From Chrysemys picta bellii (taxonomy: Eukaryota): DNA of 64,000 bases. The stretch lies in NCBI RefSeq assembly GCF_011386835.1, contig NC_088807.1:24614001-24678000 (forward strand), read 5' to 3'. Position numbers and translations under genes: made by a program. The notes beneath the pieces were generated by a model that was not told the origin of the DNA, did not search any database, and saw only the letters and a list, made by a program, of their open reading frames with translations. How positions within the stretch are numbered: position 1 is the stretch's first letter; every line of letters starts with the position of its first letter. Positions 22,461 through 36,200 of this stretch are shown here, piece by piece.

Positions 22461-23299
22461 CTGCCTGCTGTTGTCGGGGGATGGGTGTGTTTCCGCCCCC
22501 GCCGAGGGCGCTGCACCCCCAATCTGTCCATTCCAGGTGTCACGTGGGGATTTGCTGGCATAGGGGGCTGGCAGCAGCAGGGAATGCTGGGTAATTGCTG
22601 ACCTAGTTAAATCACTGCAAAGCACCAGCTCCCCCCCCACACACCCCGCAGCAGAGCCCCCCCAACTCCCGGCCCCTCCCTCCAGGACCACACAGGGGAA
22701 GGGCTGACGGGGGCCTCAAGCCAAACCTGTCGCTCGTGGGGAGTGAGGAGTCAGGAGTGAGGGGCACCGGCAGGGCTGGGGGGGGGGGCAGGGCTGGGCT
22801 AGCGGGGTCTGCGGGTCGGGAGTGAGGGGCACCGGCAGGACTGGGGGGGTCAGGGCTGGGGGGGGCTGTGGGTCGGGAGTGAGGGGCACCGGCAGTACTG
22901 GGGGGGCAGGGCAGGGCTGGCAGGAGCTGCAGGTCGGGAGTGAGGGGCACCGGCAGGGCTGGGGGGACAAGGCCTAGATATTGGCTGGGTGCCAGGCGTG
23001 GGGGGGGGGGGATTTGTTTCCAGCCTGGAGCAGTAGCAACAGAAGCCAAACGTCATGAAGGGGCGTCTAAAAATAGACCCGTCAGAGAAGGGGGGGGCGT
23101 TGGGATGGAGGCGCATCAGCCCTGGGCTCCCCCACCCCCCAGCTCTGCCGGTGCCCCTCACTCCCGACCCGCAGCCCCTGCTAGCCCAGCCCTGCCCCCC
23201 CCAGCTCTGTCCTATGGCTCTGTGCTGGGGGAGGCCGGGAGCAGGAAACAGCATAAAAACCAGAAACAAGGGATCAAAGTGAAAGTGCGGCGGTGGGAG

Positions 23300-23640
23300 G
23301 AGGGGGGGCTGGGAGCCAGGACTCCTGGGTTCTCTCCCCGGCTCTGGGAGGGGAGTGGGGGCTCGTGGTTAGAGCAGGGGAGCTGGGAGCCAGGACTCCT
23401 GGGTTCTCTCCCGGCTCAGGGAGGGGAGTGGGGGCTGGTGGTTAGAGCAGGAGGGCTGGGAGCCAGGACTCCTGGGTTCTCTCCCGGCTCTGGGAGGGGA
23501 GTGGGGGCTGGTGGTTAGAGCAGGAGGGCTGGGAGCCAGGACTCCTGGGTTCTCTCCCGGCTCTGGGAGGGGAGTGGGGGCTGGTGGTTAGAGCAGGGGG
23601 GGCTGGGAGCCAGGACTCCTGGGTTCTCTCCCCAGCTCAG
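23300..23640. repeat. About 65-bp minisatellite (reverse of the GAGAACCCAGGAGTCC family)
   Basis: 5 copies of GGGAGCCAGGACTCCTGGGTTCTCTCCC. Confidence 0.9.
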
Positions 23641-24034
23641 GGAGGGGGGCGGGGGGGAGCAGCTCTACTGAGGGTGGGGGTGGGAATCTCACACCCACAT
23701 TTGCCTGGTTTCCTGTTCCAGGGTCTGACAGTTGGAAGCAGGAGGCTCATGAATATTGATGAGGCTCTTGAATAATTGAGCCAGTTCCCAGAAGCCCCTG
23801 CTCTGGGCTGACCCCATTGCTGATGCTGCCTCCGCACACTCTGGGCGGGGGGGGGGGGCTGAGAAACAAGGGCGCAGGCCTGGGTGTGCTCGGGGGGCCC
23901 TTGCTGGATACCTGGTGTGTGGGCTCCCGGCGGGCCCCAGGGCAGGGACTGGCTGGCTCGGGGGGGAGGTGGGGACTGGGGCACTGGCTCCCTTCTGGCC
24001 CCAGGACGTGGGGCACCGGGCCTGTCCCCTCTAG

Positions 24035-26670
24035 GGGACAGATGGATGGGGCAATGGGGGATAGATGGGGTGTAGGGGGACAGATGGATGGGGCATAGGG
24101 GATAGATGGGGTGTATACAGATGGATGGGGCATGGGGGATAGATGGGGTGTAGGGGGACAGATGGATGGGGCATAGGGGGATAGATGGGGTGTAGGGGGA
24201 CAGATGGATGAGGCAATGGGGGATAGATGGGGTGTAGGAGGACAGATGGATGGGGCAATGGGGGATAGATGGGGTGTAGGGGGACAGATGGATGAGGCAA
24301 TGGGGGATAGATGGGGTGTAGGAGGACAGATGGATGGGGCATGGGGGATAGATGGGGTGTAGGGGGACGGATGGGGCATGGGGGATAGATGGGGTGTAGG
24401 GGGACAGATGGATGGGGCAATGGGGGATAGATGGCGTGTAGGGGGACAGATGGATGGGGCATAGGGGGTAGATGGGGTGTAGGAGGACAGATGGATGGGG
24501 CATGGGGGATAGATGGGGTGTATACAGATGGATGGGGCAATGGGGGATAGATGGGGTGTAGGGGGACAGATGGATGGGGCATGGGGGATAGATGGGGTGT
24601 ATACAGATGGATGGGGCAATGGGGGATAGATGGGGTGTAGGGGGACAGATGGATGGGGCAATGGGGGATAGATGAGGTGTAGGGGGACAGATGGATGGGG
24701 CAATGGGGGATAGATGGGGTGTAGGGGGACAGATGGATGGGGCAATGGGGGATAGATGGGGTGTATACAGATGGATGGGGCATGGGGGATAGATGGGGTG
24801 TAGGGGGACAGATGGATGGGGCATGGGGGATAGATGGGGTGTAGGGGACAGATGGATGGGGCAATGGGGGATAGATGGGGTGTAGGGGGACAGATGGATG
24901 GGGCATGGGGGATAGATGGGGTGTATACAGATGGATGGGGCAATGGGGGATAGATGGGGTGTAGGGGGACAGATGGATGGGGCAATGGGGGATAGATGGG
25001 GTGTAGGGGGACAGATGGATGGGGCATGGGGGATAGATGGGGTGTATACAGATGGATGGGGCATAGGGGGATAGATGGGGCGTAGGGGGACAGATGGATG
25101 GGGCATAGGGGGATAGATGGGGCGTAGGGGGACAGATGGATGGGGCAATGGGGGATAGATGGGGTGTAGGGGGACAGATGGATGGGGCATGGGGGATAGA
25201 TGGGGTGTAGGAGGACAGATGGATGGGGCAATGGGGGATAGATGGGGTGTAGGAGGACAGATGGATGGGGCAATGGGGGATAGATGGGGTGTAGGGGGAC
25301 AGATGGATGGGGCAATGGGGGATAGATGGGGTGTAGGGGGACAGATGGATGGGGCAATGGGGGATAGATGGGGTGTAGGGGGACAGATGGATGGGGCAAT
25401 GGGGGATAGATGGGGTGTAGGGGGACAGATGGATGGGGATTGGGGATAGATGGGGTGTAGGGGGACAGATGGATGGGGCATGGGGGATAGATGGGGTGTA
25501 GGGGTGTGACGAACTGGGACTGTTCTTACTGTGGTCTGTGAATGCTGACAGGGGAGTGTGGCTAGGATAGTCTGCATTGGAGGATGGGAGTCTGCCCGAA
25601 GGCGAATACCTGAGCGTGTAACATGAGAACCCAGGAAGGGGTTGAAGGCCAGGTGACACCTTGGCCCGGGAAACTGAACAAAGGCTGTGGGAGGGGTCGC
25701 TGAAGGCAGAGTGTTGGAAGCGGGCTGGAGAGAGGCCTGGGAGGCAGAGATGGCTCTGACCCCCCCCCAAAGGGGGGTGGGCTGGGATGCCCTGGGACCC
25801 CAAGCTGGACTTAACTGAGGGGGTCCTGTTGTCTGTGCCTGCAAGACCTGTCTTGGACTGTATTCCTGTCATCCAAATAAACCTTCTGCTTTACTGGCTG
25901 GCTGAGAGTCATGGTGAATCGCAGGAGGCCGGGGGTGCAGGGCCCTGAGTCCCCCAATACTCCGTGACAAGGGGGACCGATGGATGGGGCATAGGGGGAT
26001 AGATGGGGTGTAGGGGGACAGATGGATGGGGCAATGGGGGATAGATGGGGTGTAGGGGGACAGATGGATGGGGCATGGGGGATAGATGGGGTGTATACAG
26101 ATGGATGGGGCAATGGGGGATAGATGGGGTGTAGGGGGACAGATGGATGGGGCAATGGGGGATAGATGGGGTGTAGGGGGACAGATGGATGGGGCATGGG
26201 GGATAGATGGGGTGTAGGGGGACAGATGGATGGGGCATGGGGGATAGATGGGGTGTATACAGATGGATGGGGCAATGGGGGATAGATGGGGTGTAGGGGA
26301 CAGATGGATGGGGCAATGGGGAATAGATGGGGTGTAGGGGACAGATGGATGGGGCAATGGGGGATAGATGGGGTGTAGGAGGACAGATGGATGGGGCATA
26401 GGGGGATAGATGGGGTGTAGGGGGACAGATGGATGGGGCAATGGGGGATAGATGGGGTGTAGGGGGACAGATGGATGGGGCATGGGGGATAGATGGGGTG
26501 TATACAGATGGATGGGGCAATGGGGGATAGATGGGGTGTAGGGGGACAGATGGATGGGGCAATGGGGGATAGATGGGGTGTAGGAGTACAGATGGATGGG
26601 GCATGGGGGATAGATGGGGTGTAGGGGGACAGATGGATGGGGCATGGGGGATAGATGGGGTGTATGCAGA
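24035..26670. repeat. About 41-bp minisatellite (GGGGGATAGATGGGGTGTAGGGGGACAGATGGATGGGGCAAT), interrupted by a solo LTR
   Basis: About 50 copies over 24035-25504 and 25970-26670. Confidence 0.95.
25505..25969 (+). mobile_element. Solo LTR (465 bp) of an LTR retroelement
   Basis: TGTGACG...CGTGACA termini (TG..CA, short inverted ends), AATAAA at 25876, 5-bp TSD AGGGG (25500-25504 / 25970-25974). A closely related copy lies at 62952-63425. Confidence 0.92.
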
Positions 26671-26703
26671 TGGATGGGTGGGTAGCTAGAGGTGTGTAGT
26701 ACT

Positions 26704-27832
26704 GCTGGGGGAATTCTGTGCCAAAGAATTAAAAATTCTGCACCAAAAAATATACAAATTCTGCACACAATATTTTAAAATTCTGCAACTTTTATTTGTC
26801 AAATAAATGCAGAGGCTCCAGCCTGGCCTTGGGGAGCGGAGGCCACTGATGGCACAGAGGTGGGAGATCCCTGTGCAGCTCCCCCCACCCCCCAGACACG
26901 GACTCAGCCGTGAGGCTGCACCCAACCCTGGCACAGAGCAAGGACCAGGCCTGCCCCAGAAACACCCCAGGGCCCTGCCCTTCTGTGCCAGGCACACCAG
27001 GTGTGGGCGGGCCAGTTCAGCAAGGCAGGAGCCAAGTGTGTGTGGGGGGGATCCAGGTGTGGGTGCGGGCGGCTCAGTGGGGGATACGGGTGCAGGGCAG
27101 ATCTGGATGCACAGGGGCTGGTTGGGGGGTTCTGGGTGCGACAGTAATGGGACGTTGCAGGGGGGTCCGGTGAAGGTGCTTGGGGGTCCAGGTGTGGGGT
27201 CTCAGTGGGGGGTCCAGATGCTGGGGGAGTGGGGCTCAGTGGGGTGGGGATCCAGATGCAGGTGGCTCGTCGGGGTGGTCCAGGTGCAAGGGGAGGGGGG
27301 CTCATCGGGGGCAGGTTCTGTGTACCGGGGGGTGAGGCTCGGCAGGAGGGTCTGGGTATGAGGGGGTCTGGATGCACAGGGGTTGGGCGGATGGGGGAGC
27401 AGCTCCCTGTACAGGGATCCCTCCCCCTGCAGCTGAGGATCGACGGGTGGAGGAAGCGTGTGTGTGTGTGTGGGGGGAGTTTGCAGCACTTCCTACAGAC
27501 AGGGGAGAAATCTGGGGGTGGGTCTGACCCAGCCTCGGATGCCGTGCAGGGGAAGAGGACGTCCTGTCCTCCCCAGACCAGCTGGAACTAACAGCTGAGC
27601 CCGGCGCAGGGTAGGTGCCGGGTCTTCCCCAGTTCCACCCCTGCCCCATAGCGATTTACCTCTCTGCCAGCTGCCCTGGGCCCCCGAAACATACTGCTGG
27701 GGAGGGTCATGTGACTGCTCTTGTGGTTTCCCTTTGCTTCCCTGTCAGAAAGTCATCTTTCTGCGGGGAAGCAAGGAAATCTGCAGGGGACATAAATTCT
27801 GTGCATGCGCCGTGGCGCAGAATTCCCCCAGG
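26704..27832. mobile_element. Probable non-autonomous DNA transposon with terminal inverted repeats
   Basis: Left CTGGGGGAATTCTGTGCCA and right TGGCGCAGAATTCCCCCAG are inverted repeats, with subterminal AATTCTGC repeats. No TSD could be identified. Confidence 0.55.
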
Positions 27833-27839
27833 AATAGTG

Positions 27840-30112
27840 TGGGGATGGAGGGATAGATAGAGGGTGTGTTTGGGGATAGATAGATAGATAGATCAATGGG
27901 ATTATTAGGATGGATGGATGGATGGATGGATGGATGGGTAGACACATGGGGTAGATGGGGATGGATGGATGGTTGGGTTAGCAGGTAGGTAGATAGAGAG
28001 GGGGGTTGGGATGGATGGATGGGTAGGTAGATGTGGAGATGGGGATGGATGGATGGATGGGATTAGCAGGTAGGTAGATAGAGAAATGGATGGATGGGCA
28101 GGTAGATGGGGAGATGGGGATGGATGGGTGGGTAGGTAGATGGGGATGGATGGGTGGGATTAGCAGGTAGGTAAATAGATAGAGAGGGGGGTTGGGATGG
28201 ATGGATGGATGGGTAGGTAGATGGGGATGGATGGATAGATGGGGTTAGCAGGTAGGTAGATAGAGAGGGGGGTTTAGGATGGATGGGTGGGTAGGTAGAT
28301 GGGGATGGATGGATAGATGGGGTTAGCAGGTAGGTAGATAGAGAGGGGGGTTGGGATGGATGGATGGGTAGGTAGATGGGGATGGATGGATGGATAGATG
28401 GGGTTAGCAGGTAGGTAGGTAGATAGAGAGGGGGGTTGGGATGGATGGATGGGTAGGTAGATGGGGATGGATGGATAGATGGGGTTAGCAGGTAGGTAGA
28501 TAGAGAGGGGGGGTTGGGATGGATGGGTGGGTAGGTAGATGGGGATGGATGGATAGATGGGGTTAGCAGGTAGGTAGATAGAGAGGGGGGTTGGGATGGA
28601 TGGGTAGGTAGATGGGGATGGATGGATGGATGGATGGGGTTAGCAGGTAGGTAGATAGAGAGGGGGGTTTGGGATGGATGGATGGGTAGGTAGATGGGGA
28701 GATGGGGATGGATGGGTGGGTAGGTAGATGGGGATGGATGGATAGATGAGGTTAGCAGGTAGGTAGATGGATAGAGATGGGGGTTGGGATGGATGGATGG
28801 ATGGGTAGGTAGATGGGGATGGATGGATAGATGGCGTTAGCAGGTAGGTAGATAGATAGAGGGGGGGTTGGGATGGATGGATGGGTAGGTAGATATGGAT
28901 GGATGGATGGGTGGGGTTAGCAGGTAGGTAGATAGAGAGGGGGGTTTGGGATGGATGGATGGGTAGGTAGATGGGGAGATGGGGATGGATGGGTGGGTAG
29001 GTAGATGGGGATGGATGGATAGATGGGGTTAGCAGGTAGGTAGATAGAGAGGGGGGTTGGGATGGATGGATGGATGGATGGGTAGGTAGATGGGGATGGA
29101 TGGATGGATAGATGGGGTTAGCAGGTAGGTAGGTAGATAGAGAGGGGGGTTGGGATGGATGGATGGGTAGGTAGATGGGGATGGATGGGTGGGGTTAGCA
29201 GGTAGGTAGATAGAGAGGGGGGTTTGGGATGGATGGGTGGGTAGGTAGATGGGGATGGATGGATAGATGGGGTTAGCAGGTAGGTAGATAGAGAGGGGGT
29301 TTGGGATGGATGGATGGGTAGGTAGATGGGGATGGATGGATGGATGGGGTTAGCAGGTAGGTAGATAGAGAGGGGGGTTTGGGATGGATAGATGGGTAGG
29401 TAGATGGGGAGATGGGGATGGATGGGTGGGTAGGTAGATGGGGATGGATGGATAGATGAGGTTAGCAGGTAGGTAGATGGATAGAGACGGGGGTTGGGAT
29501 GGATGGATAGATGGGGTTAGCAGGTAGGTAGATAGATAGAGGGGGGGGTTGGGATGGATGGATGGGTAGGTAGATGGGGATGGATGGATGGATGGGGTTA
29601 GCAGGTAGGTAGATAGAGAGGGGGGTTTGGGATGGATGGATGGGTAGGTAGATGGGGAGATGGGGATGGATGGATAGATGGGGTTAGCAGGTAGGTAGAT
29701 GGGGATGGATGGATGGATGGGGTTAGCAGGTAGGTAGATAGAGAGGGGGGTTTGGGATGGATGGATGGGTAGGTAGATGGGGAGATGGGGATGGATGGGT
29801 GGGTAGGTAGATGGGGATGGATGGATAGATGGGGTTAGCAGGTAGATAGATAGAGAGGGGGGTTGGGATGGATGGATGGATGGATGGGTAGGTAGATGGG
29901 GTAGATGGGGATGGATGGATGGGTGGGTTAGCAGGATAGGTAGATAGAGAGGGGGGTTGGGATGGATGGATGGATGGGTAGGTAGATGGGGTAGATGGGG
30001 ATGGATGGATGGGTGGGTTAGCAGGATAGGTAGATAGAGAGGGGGGTTGGGATGGATGGATGGATGGGTAGGTAGATGGGGTAGATGGGGATGGATGGAT
30101 GGGTGGGTTAGC
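27840..30112. repeat. Compound (GGAT)n/(AGAT)n minisatellite of about 60-80 bp period
   Basis: Unit GGATGGATAGATGGGGTTAGCAGGTAGGTAGATAGAGAGGGGGGTTGGGAT repeated over 2.3 kb; almost no C on the + strand. Confidence 0.95.
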
Positions 30113-30814
30113 GGTGGGTGGTCCCTGCCGTTTCATACGCTGCTATCCAGGCTTTTCCCTGGATCCAACTGACTCGAAAGGCTCCCAGGGGAGGGTTGGG
30201 AACAGAAAACAACCCCCGCTCGTGGGGTTCCTAGCGCGGAGCTGCCCTGTGGGGAGCTGCCGGGGAAACGGCTCTCGGGGCCCGGCTCCCTTTTCTGCTA
30301 AAGTTGGATAAAAAAATCCGTGTGTGCCAGCGACCCATGGGGCAGAACCAACCAGCGATGGACAGATGCACCGGACCTGCCCCAGTGGAGCAACTGAGCT
30401 ATCTCACTGGGAAGAACCCAGGAATCCTGGCTCCCAGACCCCCCTGATCTGACCCACCAGACCACACTCCCCTTCCAGAGCTGGGGAGAGAACCCAGGAG
30501 TCCTGGCTCCCAGCCCCCCACCGCCACCCACTGACTCAAACTTCCTCTTTGGGGTTTGTCCTGATCATTCACTGCAGCTGTGACCAGGTGGTCAGTCTGG
30601 CCTGGGACCCCTGATCCCAGCCTCCCCCCCTCATGCCCCCAACCCGACACCCCCACCACACTGCACTATATTCAGGGATGGGGGGGAGCCTCAGGTGTGA
30701 GTGAAGGAAACTTTCAAACCCAAGCTGGGGCCTCGCCCTGACCCCCATGTCCTGTCCTTCCCAAGGGCCATCCGAGCTCCTTAGCAGAGAGCGCGAATTG
30801 GAGAGAGACACGGA

Positions 30815-31490
30815 GGGGCGGGCCAGGGGGAGGATGGACAGACAGACAGAGGGAGGGAGAGAGGGATGGACAGGCAACCAGTGGGATGTATGGACAAGTG
30901 GACAGACAGACCGCACAGTGGTTGGATGGACAGACGGATGGACGCAGATGGACTGATGGACAGATGGATGGACGGAAGGACAGCGCGGTGGGTGGACGGA
31001 TGGTGTGGTGGGTGGACGGACAGATGGATGGAGGGACAGACAGGTGGATGGACAGACGGACGGACGGGTGGACAGACTGGTGGATGGACACGTGGTGGGT
31101 GGATAGATGGACATACGGATGGATGGACAGACAGAGAGGTGGACGGACAGACGGGCGATGGACGGACAGACAGGTGGCCGGACAGATGGGTGATGGACAG
31201 ACAGGCGGTGGGTGGATGGATGGACAGGTGGACAGACTGGTGGATGGACACGTGATGGGTGGATAGATGGACAGATGGATGGATGGACGGACGGACAGGT
31301 GGATGGACAGACGGGCGATGGACGGACAGATGGGTGATGGACGGACAGACAGGTGGCCGGACAGGTGGCCGGACAGACGGGTGATGGACGGACAGACAGG
31401 TGGCCAGACAGGTGGCCGGACAAACGGATGGATGGATGGACAGACGGGTGATGGACGGACAGGTGGGCGGATGGATGGACGGACAGGCAG
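30815..31490. repeat. GGAC/GGAT/AGAC low-complexity repeat
   Basis: Purine-rich tetramer mosaic. Confidence 0.85.
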
Positions 31491-33144
31491 CCGTCGGGGC
31501 GGGCAGGGGGCGCAGGGGGGACCCCGGGAGGCGGCTCCGCCCCCCCCTCACCTGGCCCTCGGGCTGCCCCGGCTCCCACTTGCCTCGCGGAGTCCCGGCA
31601 CCAGCTGCTGAGGGGTGGGGCGGAAACAGCCTGGCCACGCCCCACCATGGGTGACGGACAGGTGGCTCCGGCCAATGGGGGACGAGGGGCCACCCACAAG
31701 GAGACCACATCGCAATGGGGAGGGGGGGACGTCATGGGGAGCGGCTCAGCCCTTGGAGGGTGACAAAACTGGGGAGGGGGAGCCCGGACTCCTGGGTTCT
31801 CTCCCCGGCTCTGGTAGGGGAGTGGGGTCTAGTGGTTAGAGCGGGGGGGGGGGGGCGCTGGGAGCCCGGACTCCTGGGTTCTCTCCCCGGCTCTGGGAGG
31901 GGAGCGGGTTCTGGTGGGTTAGAGCAGGGGGCTGGGAGCCCGGACACCTGGGTTCATTCTGTCCCATCGCCCCATAGCGGGGCGGCTGTAGGAGTCACAG
32001 TGGTGACGCTACCTGATGACTTCCAGGGATTCACTCCCCACTTTTCTCTCCCTGAGAGAGGGGGAGACCCCTCCCCCCCCGTTCTGGGAACCTGCCCCCA
32101 GGAATCATCGGGGAGTTTCTGGAAACCTCACTGCTCAGGGGACCCAGGGGGGGGAGTTGGCGTCTCCAGGACAGCGGCTGCAGGGAGTTAACTCTGCCGG
32201 TGCCCCTCACTCCCGACCCGCAGCCCCCTGCCAGCCCAGCCCTGCCGGTGCCCCTCACTCCCGACCCACAGCCCCTGCCATCCCAGCCCTGCCCCCCCAG
32301 CTCTGCCGGTGCCCCTCACTCCCGACCTGTAGCCCCCTGCCAGCCCTGCCCTGCCGGTGCCCCTCACTCCCGACCCGCAGCCCCTGCCAGCCCAGCCCTG
32401 GGCTCCGCCCCCCCCCCCGTGCCCCTCGCTCCTTTCCATCTGAGCTTCCCCTCGGTTTTGGGTTTCTGGCCCGTGTGTGTTTTGTGGTCAGGGGCGCCCT
32501 CGAGTGGCCGCGTCTGGCACGGTCCCGATGCGCCTGCAAACGGACCAGGCTTGGGCCAGGGGTCTGCTGGGGCCTGGCCCCCCAGAGGGGAAAGTCCAGG
32601 AGGGGGGAGGGGTGGGGACTAGTTGAGGAGCCCCCCTCCCCCACTTGCTAAATGGTTAGTGGGACGGAGCCTGTGCCCGTGGGAAGGGGCGGTTCGAGGA
32701 AAGCAGGATCGGGCCCAGACCAGCCGGCAGGCGACAGACACAGCAATTGGAAAACTCGCTGGAGTAAGGGAAGGAGTCAGAATTCGGATCCCTGGGACAA
32801 TCCTGGGAATGGTGAAATGTGCGCGGACGGAGGGGTCGTTTTGGGAGCTAAGCCAGCGATGGAAGGAAAGCGAGTGACCTCGGCAGTGCCGGGAGGGAAT
32901 TAAGCCGTTGAACTTTGTGAAAACGTTCAATAGGAAAAGTGTCATGGAAAGAGACGTCTTGGTGTCTTTGCAGCCCTTCTGAGGGGAAAACGACATCCCA
33001 AAGGAATGTCTGCAAATGGGGCACACACAAAAAGCAGTGTTAGAAACCCTGAGCCAGAGGTGGGGCCATGAGCACAAAAGAAACAGTTACCCCGGATGTA
33101 AACATGGATCTGGCTAATATAATGTTACAGACGAATATAATGCA

Positions 33145-33865
33145 CTGCTCCAACTAGGGACCGAGTGGCTAGACAGCAGTTCTGCAGAAAAGGACCTGGG
33201 GGTCACAGTGGACGAGAAGCTGGATATGAGTCACCAGTGTGCTCTTGTTGCCAAGAAGGCTAACGGCATATTGGGCTGTATAAGTAGGGGCATTGCCAGC
33301 AGATCGAGGGACGTGATCGTTCCCCTTTATTCGACATTGGTGAGGCCTCATCTGGAGTACTGTGTCCTGTTTTGGGCCCCACACTACAAGAAGGATGTGG
33401 ACAAATTGGAAAGAGTCCAGCGGAGGGCAACAAAAATGATCAGGGGGCTGGAGCACATGATTTATGAGGAGAGACTGAGGGAACTGGGGTTGTTTAGTCT
33501 GCAGAAGAGAAGAATGAGGGGGGATTGGATAGCAGCCTTCAACTACCTGAAGAGGTTCCAAAGAAGATGGATCTAGATTGTTCTCAGTGGTGGCAGATAA
33601 CAGAACAAGGAGCAATGGTCTCAAGTTGCAATGGGGGAGGTCCAGGTTGGATATTAGGAAACACTATTTCACTAGAAGGGTGGTGAAACACTGGAATGGG
33701 TTCCCTAGGGAGGTGGTGGAATCTCCTTCCTTAGAGGTTTTTAAGGCCTGGCTTGACAAAGCCCTGGCTGGGATGATTTAGTTGGGGTTGGTCCTGCTTT
33801 GAGCAGGGGGTTGGACTAGATACCTCCTGAGGTCCCTTCCAGCCCTGATATTCTCTGGGTCTATG
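33145..33865 (+). mobile_element. CR1 LINE 3' fragment
   Basis: [51 protein letters not shown]...[22 protein letters not shown], followed by the CR1 3'UTR ending GGTCCCTTCCAGCCCTGATATTCT. Confidence 0.95.
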
Positions 33866-35114
33866 AGAAGTTAAACTATGGCAGGAATGTGCCTTTTCCC
33901 CAGGCCGTGTGCAGTGTATATTGGAGAAGGGGTACAAGAAATGCGAACCAAACATGTGACTCCAAAGGGAGCCACCATCGGTTGGGTTTTCGTTTTCAGC
34001 TCGCTGGGTGTTTTGGAAGCAGGAATTGAACTCGAACCTCGGGTGGAAGTTGCTCATGTCCCATTTAAGGCCGAGTCTCTGAGCTCTGCTGAGGGCTTTG
34101 GCCCCAACAGCAGGCCAGAAAGTGTCTGTGTGGATGCAAATTACCTAAGTGAGGAAGGAAGGAGAGAACGGCCCAGAAACAGATAATGAACAGACCTGGT
34201 CAGCAAACAAACGACCTGAAAGCCAAAGGCTCAAATTATGACCCTCTAAAGGAAGGTGGGAAAAGGAGTCAAATCTAAGACAGGTTAAATAAAAAAATCG
34301 ATACTTTTGTGTGTGTGTCTGCCGGGCTGAAAGCTGAAGACAGGTTACATGCCGGACACCCCATCTTTTAATTCACCCAACCCCCAAGGATATAATTCAA
34401 TTAAAGCCCGTGCAAAGATTTCAAAAGAACAACGAACACACTGACCTCAAACCAGACGGTCTAACTAAAAGACATGGCATAACAAGAGACTTGGAATAGA
34501 GCTGATGTTAATATTAAACCCCGGGCTACATTTCATGTTAATAAGCACCCCTGTAACAATGCCTAGTGTGTATGATTTGGGGGAAAACGCCTTTAAGGTC
34601 AGAGGGTAATAACGCTTCTCAGCTATTGCCGGTGAATAAACTTAAAGCTGAGCACAGCAGAGAAAACATTACAAACTCGGTCTGCTGTATAAGAAGGGAA
34701 ACTGAGGCATGCCACCGTGTGAATTTAATAACTGAGAAGTGAGATAATTGCAACCTGGCCAGCCTATAGAACGGCCACACAGGGAAGTATGGGGTTAATG
34801 TCTCTGTTCTGCCTGCAATCAGCAAGGGTGTTTGTAACAGGAAGGGATATTTGAAGCAGTAATCTGCCACCCCCAAAGGGGTAGAAACGGGCTGTTGGGC
34901 TTTCAGAAAATCAGGAAAAGCCGGTACCAGCGGCCGAGCCACCCAGAATAGCACGAATCCACTGTCCCCACAGCGATGGTGTTTGGTGGTTTGTCTTGTT
35001 GCCAGGGGACTGGCGGAGGCCCGGCTCCCCGCCCTCCTGTGCGGTTTCAGCTCTCACTGGGACTGACCGAGCGGCACTAAGGACTGGGAACCTTAAGATC
35101 CAGCTGCAAAACCT

Positions 35115-35712
35115 TTTGGGGTGTGTGTGGGTGTGTGAGGTGTGTGTGTGTGCGGGTGTGTGGCTGTGTGTGGGTGTGGGGTGTCTGGGGTGGGTGTGTC
35201 TGTGCGCGGGTGTGGGGTGTGCGGGGGGTGTGTGAGGTGTGTGCGTGCGCGGGTGTGGGTGTGTGGCTGTGTGTGTGGGTGTGTGGGGTCGGTGTGTCTG
35301 TGTGTGGGTGTGGGGTGTGGGTGTGTCTGTGTGCGGGTGTGGGTGTGCAGGGGGGTGGGGGTGGGGTGTGAGGTGTGTGTGTGTGCACGCAAGGGTGTGG
35401 GTGTGTGGCTGTGTGTGGGTGTGAGGTGTCTGGGGTGGGTTTGGGTGTGTGGCTGGGTATGGGTGTGGGGTGTGCGGGGTGGGGTGGGTGTGAGGTGTCG
35501 TGTGTGCGCGACGCGCGGGTGTGGGTGTGGCTGTGTGGCTGTGTGTGTGGTGGTGTGGTGTGTGGCCGGGTGTGGGGTGTGGGGTGTGCGGGGGGGTGGG
35601 AGTGGGTGGGGGTCTGTGGCTGTGTGTGCGTGTGGGTGTGCGGGGTGGGTGTGGTGGCTGTGTGTGCATGTGGGTGTGCGGGGTGGGTGTGTCTGTGTGT
35701 GGTTGTGGGGTG
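35115..35712. repeat. (GT)/(GGGT)-rich simple repeat (mirror 61190-61802)
   Basis: Alternating GT tract. Confidence 0.9.
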
Positions 35713-35769
35713 TTGCCTCTCCCCTTTAAAAGATTCCGGATGCTTCTTATAAACACAACAACCGTGATA

Positions 35770-36200
35770 CCTATGTTCCACCAGTCACATCCCCCCGGCG
35801 CCTACGTTCCACCAATCACGTGCCCCCCGGCGCCTACGTTCCACCAATCACTCCCCCCGGCGCCTACGTTCCACCAAACACGTCCCCACGGGACCTATCT
35901 TCCACCAATCACGTCCCTGCGCTGCCTACGTTCCACAATCACGTCCCTGCGGTGCCTACCTTCCACCAATCACGTCCCCACGGACCTATCTTCCACCAAC
36001 CACGTCCCCCCGGCGCCTATGTTCCACCAACCACGTCCCCCCGGCGCCTATGTTCCAGCAATCACGTCACCCCGAGGCGCCTACGTTCCACCAATCACGT
36101 CCCCGCAGTGCGTATGTTCCACCAATCACGTCTCCCCGGCGCCTACGTGCCACCAATCACGTCCCCCTGGTGCCTACGTTCCACCAATCACGTCCCCGCC
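35770..36200. repeat. 30-31 bp tandem repeat containing CCAATCACGT (14 units; mirror 60520-61075 has about 18)
   Basis: Unit CGCCTACGTTCCACCAATCACGTCCCCCCGG; 8 of 14 units have an intact CCAAT. Confidence 0.9.

Noticed and set aside
23722-23830. Acceptor-like ttcctgttccag followed by unique sequence
   Set aside because: Stops occur in all three frames within about 55 nt, with no clear donor or homology; at most a non-coding exon.
23637-26768. 550-735 aa His/Pro-rich minus-strand ORFs
   Set aside because: Translations of the 41-bp minisatellite and the LTR.
27840-30112. Possible interstitial telomeric sequence (GGGGTTAG cores)
   Set aside because: No TTAGGG hexamer arrays; the core is followed by CAGG within a GGAT/AGAT minisatellite.
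35770-36200. ER stress response element (CCAAT-N9-CCACG) in the CCAAT array
   Set aside because: Spacing to the nearest CCACG is 7 nt and occurs in only a few units; it does not match ERSE or ERSE-II.
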